From the NCBI RefSeq assembly GCF_030684315.1, contig NC_081392.1, forward strand, positions 744,001 through 808,000: a DNA stretch of 64,000 bases. Reading direction: 5' to 3'. A program made the position numbers and the translations under genes. Positions 52,896-62,985 of this stretch are shown here, in pieces. Source of the DNA: Stegostoma tigrinum (taxonomy: Eukaryota). Within the stretch, counting starts at the first letter, position 1, and every line of letters begins with the position of its first letter. Under the pieces are notes generated by a model that did not search any database, was not told the origin of the DNA, and was given only the letters and a program-made list of their open reading frames with translations.

Positions 52896-54527
52896 CTATT
52901 AGCCATGGTTAAGTTGTGCGCCAAATGACTTGTTAGGCAACAGCTCCCTCTCGTGGCGCGGTGGGTGAATGCCACCGTTGGAGTATTTTACGACAGGACC
53001 ATGAAACTCACCGAGAGTGCAAAGTGGCATTGGAAAAATTGTTTAAAGGAAAGGTTACAAAGAGGACGTTAGATATGCCACAAATATTCAAAATTACTTT
53101 CTTTCCCTCCCGAGGCCTTGGACCTGCTATACTCCTTTGATGAAGCATTATCCCCATCAGAACCCCCGCCACCCTACTCATAACCGTCTGCAATAAAACT
53201 GACACGTGCCCTGGTCCGTCCCATCTTGCACGTTCCTCGAGGTCATGGCGCCAGTTCTGATGCCGAAATTCGTCGTAGTCCTCCTGCGAGGGTGAACAAA
53301 TGGGTTCACCAGTTTAATGGATGAAAATTGAAAAGTCTGATCTTTATTTTGATTCTTATGTCCAGCAGGAAAGGATGCTGCCAGCTGGAGAAAACCTGTA
53401 AACAAGCATGGCCGCAATGTGTTGCTGACTTTACAAATAGAGCAGATTCGGGCGTAAATAGGAATCAGATATTGAAGCGCTGATTAATCATTAGGAAGTA
53501 CCGGCAAATCAGTGGAGATATAGCGTCATATAGTGCCGACAATGTGCAATAAGTCTCACCTGAAAATATTCCAATATTAAAGATTAGGAAGGATTTTTTA
53601 AGCTTTAATTTGAAATAAATAAGTCTTCCGGTGGTCTCCACTCTTTCACATACATTTGCAACGCAGTAGTAAATAATTACGCAACGCAAAATCAGGCGTT
53701 TGACTAAACAGGTCTGTGCCGTCAATCACGCTCCAAGTGAGAAGTCAATAAAACCTTCACCCTAATCCAAATCCTTTCGTACGCTGAAAAATACCTCAAA
53801 TTAGTTTCAGTTATCTTCGTTCCAGAGTAAATGCCACGACGCGTTTAGTCAAAATTGGTAGATATTGGACATGAGCTGTGGCTAACGTCGGCTTAAAGCA
53901 AGGACGGGGAAGCCTCTTTGCTGGAAGCGCAAATCCAGCCAAAATCTATCAAAGTCTACCAAATCAAAGACTATGTGCAGTAGGTATGGAAATCAAACTC
54001 TACCATAAATATATTCAACGCCTGAGCATTCGCAGCCCTCTGTCGTAGACAATTCCGAAGGGTTAGGACATTTTGTGTAATAAAATTCCAAGGTGTTCAA
54101 TGCGGTGCCATCTAATAGATTCATGCGCATGATGTTTGATGCAAATATATTAATGTGGTCAGAGTTTTGGCTAACAGGAGAAAGCGATCAATTGCAGCAA
54201 ACCGTAAGTTATGGAGTGCCGGAGAACATTGGAGGGTCACTGTTATTGACTTGAATGAAAGGACCAATGAATTACGGCCAAATTTGGAGACGAAATAAAG
54301 ATAGTTGGAAAAGCTAGTGATGATGAAGGCGTCTTGCCAACCGCTCTCACTAACCGTCTGACTAGGAGCATCATGCTACAACTGAGAGACCCGCCCCATC
54401 AGATAATGATTATCATGGAATCATAGTTTCACCAACAACTCCGCTACGCCCCTAACAGTATGTTGATCCGTGTGTAAAGTAGCTTGATTCAAGACTGGAA
54501 CAGTTTGAGACTGAGCGAATGGGGGCG

Positions 54528-54565
54528 GGGTTTTGATCGCGGGAGGTTTTTGTCGCGGCGCTGTG
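54528..54565 (-). other. 23-type RSS of the inverted V
   Basis: Minus strand: CACAGCG, 22-bp spacer, TCAAAACCC. Confidence 0.85.
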
Positions 54566-54874
54566 CTCCATCACTAGCTGCACAGTAGTAAACCGCCGAG
54601 TCTGACCCTCTCACTCTGTCCAATCTTAGCTCGGATTTCCTATCGTTCGCACTTCGGGTGATGGTAAACCCAGACTTAAACTCCTCTTCATAGTTCGCTT
54701 GGCTCCCTATAACCAGGTACCCGATGAGGGCAAGGCCCTCTCCGGGACGCTGCCGGTACCAGAGCATGGTAGTACGCGTGGTTTCATTCTGGTAACAATT
54801 CAGTTCGGCGTTTCCATCTTCCTTCACAACGAGAGTAAACGGCCACTGATGCACCACATCGCCGGTGGAAGCAC
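54566..54874 (-). CDS. TRBV: Inverted TCR V-beta, V exon
   Basis: GASTGDVVHQWP..AELNCYQNETTRTTMLWYRQRPGEGLALIGY..YEEEFKSGFTITR..SELRLDRVRGSDSAVYYCAASDG: V-domain Cys, WYRQ, DSAVYYCAAS. Acceptor TTACAG. Followed directly by an RSS. Confidence 0.96.
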
Positions 54875-55267
54875 CTGTAAATATTTTGGGGGGCATTAAT
54901 AAGTAAACGTGAGACCTGGTAAGCGCTAAAGCTGCGTCTGAAAATGTGTTATCGAAAATACTGGATGATTGAATTAACCCCATTCCGCTCTATGGCCCTA
55001 CATATCTACAAATGTTCTGCTGATTTTAAGTGCCAGCTTATGTTTTGACATTCGTTTTACGATTTGCTCCCACGACCCTTTCAGGCAGCGCATTTCAGAT
55101 CACAACAAAACCGTGCTTTAAATAAAATTCGCCTCCAGTTCATTGGCAAAAGATCTCAGTGACACGGTATATCCCCTGTATTTCATTTTTAAAGTGCAAA
55201 TTTAATGATATTCATGGACCGAGCGCACAATTAAACCTGAGACTTTCAATAAATCTTTTTTGCTTAC

Positions 55268-55329
55268 ATGGCAGCAGAAAGACTAGAGAGGGCGAGAGGC
55301 TCGAAACGCATGTTGAACTGACTGATCAT
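55268..55329 (-). CDS. TRBV: Leader exon of the inverted V-beta (phase anomaly, see findings)
   Basis: ATGs at 55329 and 55311, donor AT|GTAAGC. Hydrophobic LVFLLP lies just before the donor but in a different frame from the ATGs. Confidence 0.7.
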
Positions 55330-55359
55330 TTAGTCAACTATGCGCAGCTATTCCTGAGA

Positions 55360-55406
55360 CCGGAGGTGACGTTAGAGTGACGTTTAAACGGCCGGAACGA
55401 GGAAGC
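55360..55406 (-). promoter_or_regulatory. V-beta promoter: tandem CRE/decamer-like motifs plus Ets sites
   Basis: GGTGACGTTA (55365-55374) and AGTGACGTTT (55377-55386) resemble the V-beta decamer AGTGAYRTCA. CCGGAA and AGGAAG are adjacent. The CRE-like motifs lie about 35-60 bp upstream of the leader ATG. Confidence 0.6.
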
Positions 55407-55407
55407 G

Positions 55408-55623
55408 AGATAACAAAGTGTGGGGCTGAATGAACACAGCAGGCCAAGTAGCACCTTAGGACCACAAAAGCTGACGTTTCGGGCCTAGACCCTTTTCTGA
55501 TGAAGGGTCTAGGCCCGAAACGTCAGCCTTTGTGCGCCTGAGATGCTGCTGGGCCTGCTGTGTTCATCCAGCTCCACACTTTGTTATCTTGGATTCTCCA
55601 GCATCTGCAGTTCCCATTATCTC
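55408..55623. mobile_element. Penelope-derived fold-back insertion immediately upstream of the V promoter
   Basis: Inverted arms. Intact + strand hammerhead core at 55497-55524. No clear TSD. Confidence 0.8.
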
Positions 55624-57049
55624 CGCTCCTTCCAGGTGTTAGGCTGGTAAACCTTAAGTGATCTGCTTGCAACGCAGTAACATCCTTTCGTAAGCAAGGT
55701 ATTGTACGCAGTACTCCAGTCTTACTAATATCATGTATAAATGAAATATAACCTTCCCAGTCTTGCATTGAATTATCCTCACAATAAACTATAACATTTT
55801 GTAGTCAAATAGAAGAGTTGACGTTTCCAGGCTGGTGACTCTGGTGAGCTTTGATGAAGAGTCAGGAGATTCGAGATATGGGTGCTTCCTTCTCCGCACA
55901 GATGCTGCCAGACTTACTGAGTTTTGCCAGAAATTTCTGTTTTGGTTTCGGATCTTCAGCATCCGCAGTTCTTCGCTTAGTGGCAAATTATGGTACACCT
56001 TTGCAGCAAATGGGATTTGAACCGGCACTTTATTGCCCAGAGTAAACAATCGTTTGTATACTGTTAGGGCTAAGAATTTCGGAAGTGGAATCTGCAAACA
56101 TTTCTTGACACAGACGATTTAAGAAATTTGAAAGTCCCAACAACAGACCAACGATGCTGATAACTTGGACATTTCAAGGCGGAGATCGAAAAAAATGCAT
56201 TCGCTTGTCTGCTGAGGGATGTGGTGTGGTGGGGGTTAGATACAGATCAATTATAATCGAATTGATTTATGCGGCAAGTTGAGAAGCTGTACGACTTCGT
56301 CCCTTCCTGTGTTTGTGTTGAAACATTTTTGAATCATTCATGGTTTCTTGGTACTACCGCGCCTTCTGCGCCTTACATAGAGGAGTCTAAGAGTCAATTT
56401 CCTGTGCCCTTTGAAAATCGGCTTCAGCTGCTCACTGAATTAATTCCACACTCAGCACCCAAGGGTTGATGTTCCATCCTATTCGCAAGGGTTTTCTATT
56501 CATTCATCCGTCTTCTAACTTTCAATTACCTTTACATCGGTTACTCGGCTCAGTCTAGTGCCTGTCACGCTGAATTCCACATTCATATCGATCCTCGAAT
56601 TAAAAACATTCGCCAGAATTTCCAGTTACACTCTTACCCATTCAAACCTAACGAGAGTTGTTATTTCACTCGCGTCCTCCCTTACAGTCACTCACTAACT
56701 TTCTAACGCCGCTCTTTTAAAACCGTATTAGCTTGCAAGAAGGGAAACATCGGAGGCGCCCTTTAGTTTTATCTGGAACTGCTGCTTTCTGCCGCATTTT
56801 TGATGAAATGCTCCATCTCTGAGTTATTGAGCACGTTTAATGCTAATAAACTGGGTACTTACTTATCACGAAGAACTATTCCAAATTTTGTGAGGCAAGT
56901 TATGTTTCCGACTAATAATGTTTCAGAAGATTAGAAAGAATATTAATTTCTACCAATTATCGTAAAGTCTTTAAAATCAACTGTAATATAAAGTAACTAC
57001 AATTCTGCTACACAGCTGACAAATTGGGAACAACCTTCCTCTCACTTCA

Positions 57050-59250
57050 GTGTGAGAGATCAACCACAGTCCTTCAGACTTGTGGTTGTTATTTATGACC
57101 TCTAATAATTAAACTAAAAACCAAGGGCTGATCTTTTATGACAGGAGTTGGCATTCCCCTCTAATAATTACCCCCCATAACACCCTGAAAAGCTTATTTT
57201 ACCCCTCGCAATCTATTAAAAGAGTGGTTAAAAGAAAGAAAATCCCTATTCTCCACTTTACAAGTAACATGAAACAATTTACTTACTTAACCCAACAATG
57301 AACAGATTAACAAAATTCCTAACGAACCAACGATCCCTCTTAGACTACTGACCACTTCCCAACCGGTATAAATTCTACTGGAACGCTGTTTAAATAAAAC
57401 CAAGTCCCACTAATATAAACCCAATTAACATGAAGCAATAAATTATAACTTAACTCTCCCAGTTCACATAGACAGTTTTCTGGAATCTTCTGTTGTCTCC
57501 ACTCTTTACACAAACGCCTTTCTTCCATTAATTCTGCTGTCAGGAGGGTTCTATCTCTAAAATTTCTTTCATGAGGACTTTGAGCTAAAATACGTTCGAT
57601 AAATTTATTGGGCTTTCTCAGAGCTGAATGGTGCTAACTCTGGCAGGCAGTGGATGGCTGTCTCTTTCAAGTGGCAGCTAGCTCTTCCTTTATTATCTAA
57701 CATGGCTCTTCTTTCCCTTTCTTCTGCTTGTAATTCATACTCTCTTACTTTCCTTTCATTCTCTAACTCCAGTTGTCTCATTTGCAATCTAAGTTTTTCT
57801 ATCTCCACTGCACTTGCCTGCTTCTCTGATATACCTAAATACTTGACCTACTCTATTACAATTTCAGCTTTTCTTTTATCCTGAGTTAAACCCAATTCTA
57901 ACCTGCTTCCTAATTCAAATAGTATAGCTTTCGTCTGCCTTTGCAAACTTTCTTGGCAAATTTGGGAAGCACCTTCAAATTCCAAAACCTCTTTTGCAAT
58001 GTTAAGAGCCACTTCCCTCCCTTTTAATTTAACAAACAACAAATAAACCAACAACAAAATTAAACTGATTTTTTGTCGCCCATGTTTTATTTTAAGATCC
58101 AGGGCACCAATCCACAAGTCTCTTTAAATCTGTGCAAATTCTGTTCAGATCCTCAACTCAAACCATCCAGAGCCCAAACTTGAGCCCCCATTTTTTTGTT
58201 ACGAAGGAGAATGAACAAACCCCTCTGACAATTAAACTAAAACACAAGCCCTGATCTGTTATTTCAGGATTAGAGTTCCTTTCTAATAATTAATAGTTTC
58301 CTTTCCTTAAAATCTATTTGAATTGATGAGTGAAATTCAATCACTTTACAACTTTACCAAATAATTAAAACAGAACCTATTCGGATTCCCCCAGTAGCTA
58401 CTGAAAAATCTATCTTTTAACCTGTTGTGACAACGCTGTGACTAAGAGGTTAGAATCTCTGCAGTGCAAAAACAAGCCCTTTCGCCTGACAGGTCCACAC
58501 TGACCTTCAAAGCATCCCTCCCAGATCTATCTCCCTAATCTACACATCCCTGGTACTGCAGGCAATTTACCCTGGTCAATCCAGCTAGCCTGCATATCTT
58601 TGGACCATGTGAGGAAACCCACACTGACACAGGGAGGTTATTTTGTCTTGTTTATTTTTAAGGAGAGATTACGAGGCAGAAGCATGGAATATCTATCAAC
58701 AGCACTTGACTAAACAGTTAGGAGGCCTTGGGTTATTTTTTTAAACAGCCTGAATGTGTGTGGCCAGCTCTCACAGATCAAGATTTCTAGGTTTTGGTTT
58801 TTCAGCAGCATCTGAAGCTTTTGGTATCTCAGATTTGGAGGCTTTAGTAATTATCTCCAGGGTGCTATTCTCTCTGAAACTTCTGCTGACGTTTTTTCCT
58901 CCTGGATTGGAAAACAGTAGGTGAGAATCTGTCTGAATTTGCGTTTTTCCCGAGGCTTATATTTGTGGGATATTCCTGTACTGGAACAGTTGATTAATAA
59001 GTTAGTATATCTATTATTCAGTTGCGTTTTTCAAGAGTTGTTATTCTAAAATCATCTTCCTTTTTTGTTTCTTTTTTAACTACAGTGTTTAAATTAATTA
59101 CCACAGTGTTTTTGCTTAACATCAAATAGTTTTACCAGTTGAGCTACAGTTGGAACACAGCATTTCACGTTAGCTTTTAAAATAAGAAAAGGTGCAGGTC
59201 TAAGCTACTTCCTTAAAATATTTTGAGGGAGTCTGTTCTGGTCCATAACA
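57050..59250 (-). mobile_element. LTR retrotransposon remnant (Gypsy-like gag start, tRNA-Pro PBS, LTR pieces)
   Basis: PBS TGGGGGCTC (- strand, 58182-58190) next to an LTR end ..TAACA. Coiled-coil gag fragments in ORFs 57848..58117 and 57605..57808. Repeated LTR sequence near 57108 and 58230. Confidence 0.7.
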
Positions 59251-60939
59251 TGATCACTATTCCCTTGATACCTGGATGTAAGAATTTGTTCATTTATCTA
59301 CATCTGCACTTAAGCCTCAATTAATAATCAGTCCCCAGTCCTGAACTGTCTTTTTACAACCTTCCTCTGTCCTCCTTCAGTGCCAATGGTCTTTACACCA
59401 TTTATTTCCTTATCTTCCCCAGTAACGCAATGGGCCTCTTTACTGCCCACAAACATTTGCTAAGGAATGCAATTAACTTTTTTACACTAATTTGTTCTTT
59501 GCATTTTTAATTTTACAATTACCTAAGATGTTTTGAATACATTAGGATGAGATGTTTCCTTCTACTTTTTACTAAATAAAAAACTTGGGACTGTGGTTAA
59601 TCTGGGCTTTCAGAAATGTCCCTTATTAAAGTGTTTTTTTTTATGTTTAGTACTGCCTTAATGAACTTCCCCTTCTTCATATAGAAAATTTTATCTTAAC
59701 CATTATCACCATATAGAGACTACAAGTCTGTCTATGAACATCTATCCTATGTAGCTGTCAACCTCTTTCAGCTGTCTTTTGTCACCTAAAACCCCAAAAC
59801 GGCCATTTAGTCAACTGCAGTCGTGGACCACTGCAACAATATTGATGGCTGTTGAGTAAAATATAAACTGTAACTCCTTCACTGGGTACATTCCGTACCA
59901 GTACATGTTAGGTGTACTAGTTCCCATCACGACGCACTTCAAGCTCACTCTCTCTCCCCAGGCGATTTGAAGACAGTAGTAGGAGTCTGGTGGATAATCT
60001 GTGTGTTCACATCTGGGGAAAATGTGGAGATACCAAATTCAAGAAATTGGAACATGGTGTACAGTGGGGGGAGGCCTGAAACGTCAGCTTTTGTGCTCCT
60101 AAGGTGCTGCTTGGCCTGCTGTGTTCATCCAGCTCCACACTTTGTTACCCTATAAACAAATTTATCTATATGTCCTGCCATCTTTAAAGATTTATGGAAC
60201 GCAACAGTGATCCCTCTGATCCTTTGTACTTCCTGCGATCCTATCATTCAAAGAGTGCACACTTGCCTCAATTGTCCTCACAACATACATGACTTCACAC
60301 TTCAGAGGATTAAATTCCATTTGCCACTGTTCATCTCATTTGATCAGCCATGTTTCCGTGACAGCAATGATATCACATCTTCATGCTTAATTAAAATAGT
60401 CAACCCAACTTTCTCACAAAGTTCCTTGTATAAAATAATTGACATTCAGGCTTGCCATTGCTCACTTGTGCTTTAACTTGACTATATTCACATTGCCTTT
60501 CAGAATGACTAACCTCTTCTTCTCTACTTGTTTGTGCATCATGCCTGCTGTACCTCCACTCATCTCTCTGCCAAGTTGGTTTAAACTTCCACCAACCACA
60601 TGAGCAAATGTCCTTGCAAGGATGTTTGTCCCAATTCAGTTCAGGTGAATCCATCAGATATGTAGAGTTCCTGCCTTCCCCAGAAATGGATCCAATAATC
60701 CAGGAAATGAAATCCCTCCCTTCTACTCAAACTCCTCAGCCACTCTTCATCTGTTCAACCATTCTATTCCTCTGCTGGCAAGCACGTGGCATTGAGAGTA
60801 GTGCACAAACTTTTGAGATGCTGCCTTTCAATCTGCTATCCAGCTCACTAACATCTTGTTTCAGGAATTCATCCATCTTTCAAATTCTCATTGATCCCGG
60901 TGTGAACTATTATTTCTGACTCAAAACAAAGTTGCTGGA

Positions 60940-61435
60940 AAAGCAAGATGGAAAAAACAACACTTCATTTTCTACTTGGGCACCCTGCAGCCCCCCTGGG
61001 CTCAATATCAAGTTCAATAATTTTAGGGCATAAACTGTCCCATATCCCAACCCCTACCCCACACATCAGGCCATGTTATCACGTAGCCTGCCATTAGCAC
61101 ACTACCTGTTGTTAGTCACTAATAGTCCCCATTAACAACTATTCACCCTCCGAGCCTGATCATTATCAACCCCTTTGTCTGTCCACTCATTCTTCTCTCT
61201 CTTTAGGCTATATCCTATCATTTATTCCCGACACCACCACCTCCCTTTTTTCTGCATATAAATTCATGTTTTCCCAGCCACCATCACTTCTGAGGTTGGG
61301 TCACCAGACCCAAAACGTTAACACTGTTGCTTTTCTTTTATTCAAAGATGCTACCAGATCTGCTGAGCTTTTCCGGCAACTTTGTTTTTGTTCCTGATTT
61401 ACAGCATCAGCAGTTCTTTTGCTTTTTATTGTTTC
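60940..61435 (+). mobile_element. Second Penelope family, 3' fragment
   Basis: IFYLGTLQPPGLNIKFNNF-like C-terminus, then a pLTR with a degraded hammerhead near 61290. Confidence 0.7.
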
Positions 61436-61864
61436 TGGCTGTTCATCACACTGAATCGTGTTATTCAGTTTTGTCACTGAAGTTAAAGGAACAGCCATCG
61501 AACAGGCCCGTTAACTCAAGATTGGGCATCCATGAGGCACAGTGAGCTAATCAACAGCAGCAAATTTATAATCCAGCACAGTCCGCAAAATCATAGCCTG
61601 GCATTTGCCCCATTCTGCCATTATAACCAAGTCAGATTTATAACCAACCTTGGTTCAATGAACAGTGCAAGAAAGCATGCCAGGAGCAGCAACAGAGGAG
61701 CTAAAAGTGAAAGCGTCAACCTGGTGAAGTTGCAGACAGGACTTTCTACGGGGATTGTTAAAGAATAAGGTATACACTTAGATTGAAACGTCAGCTTTTA
61801 TGCTCCTAAGATGCTGCTTGGCCTGCTGTGTTCATCCAACTCCACATTTTGTTATCTCCATTCT

Positions 61865-62985
61865 GTCAGGCTGGTTTTTGTGTCAATACGGGCCTTACTT
61901 TGCTGCTTCTTCATCCCGTGTTAGTGAGCTACTATGTAAATTTCTTTCTTTACTGATTCTACCGACCGTGGTATCCATGTTTTCCGATATGATGTTGTCT
62001 GTCTTGGGTTCAGACAAGCCCAAATCTACAAACCCCTCCATTCCTCTCATGTCCTTTCCCATCCTGAGTTTATAAGGAGTGTATCCTTGTTTAAGAACCT
62101 CAGTACTCCTCAGTACATTAACACATGGGACAGAACAACCTGCCAAGTTGTCTTATGCCGCTGTACCATTTTGGGTATCATGTTTTTCAATGTCCGATTC
62201 ATCCTTTCCACAATTCCACTTGACTGTGGTCTATACGGTATGTGGAATCTGTCTGATTCCAAAATGGGTCATTACATTTTGCACTACTTGGGTCGTAAAA
62301 TGTGTTTCCCGGTCTGATTCTATGCTTCAGGGTGTACCCTAATGGGTGAACACCTTTTCTGACAGAATTTTTGTGGTAACTCTGGCTGTGTTTGTAGTCA
62401 TTGGTAAAGCTTCCACCCCTTTAGTAAAGGTATCCACCATTGCGAAAATGCATTTGTATCCTTCTAGAGTTGGAGGTAGAGGTCCTATATAGTCTATATA
62501 TGAACAAATCTATGGCCCTTCTATTGGTCTAGTACGTCAGAGGGCCCCCCTCTTAAAGTTCCTGATGGGGTTATGCTGTGCACAAATCAAACAGTTCATC
62601 AGAGTGTTCCACCTCACCTTTCATTCCAGGTCACCGACATACTTCTATTAACTTATCCAAGGTATCCTCTGCCCCTTTATGCCCCCGTAAGTCATGGTAC
62701 CAGTGAATTATTTGAGTTCATCCGCTCTCTAGAACCACAAATTTTCCTTCATATTAAACTACTTTGTGCTGGACATTGATCCCCTTGTGTGCTATTCAAG
62801 TGTCTGATTCTGCTCTTTCTGTTGTTTTTTTTTCAATTCCCTGCCTTTGTTTTACTCCTCTGCTAAATTTGTTATTTCAAACTGTTTCTCCTTCTGGCCC
62901 CGATTTCTTCATCTGGTGGCCACCAATCCTGTCCTTTCACAGCACCTTGTTTGGCTAACTCATCAGACCCCCTGTTCCCCCTGAG
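61865..62985 (-). mobile_element. Degenerate retroviral pol fragment (RNase H end plus integrase)
   Basis: DELAKQGA; HDLRGH and CLICAQHNP (HHCC finger); IDYIGPLPP..VDTFTKGVEALP; ESDRETHFT; PYRPQSSGIVERMNRTLK. Confidence 0.85.

Noticed and set aside
54581-54587. CACAGTA heptamer inside the V exon
   Set aside because: It is the common TAC-TGT-G (Tyr-Cys) embedded heptamer, with no convincing nonamer at 12 or 23 bp.
59102-59140. Isolated CACAGTG heptamer (others at about 1817, 4156, 33910, 37870, 61538)
   Set aside because: No V, D or J coding segment adjacent, mostly within repeats, and no matching nonamer where checked.
59967-60020. Leader-like peptide KTVVGVWWIICVFTSG
   Set aside because: No ATG, no GT donor and no V exon downstream.
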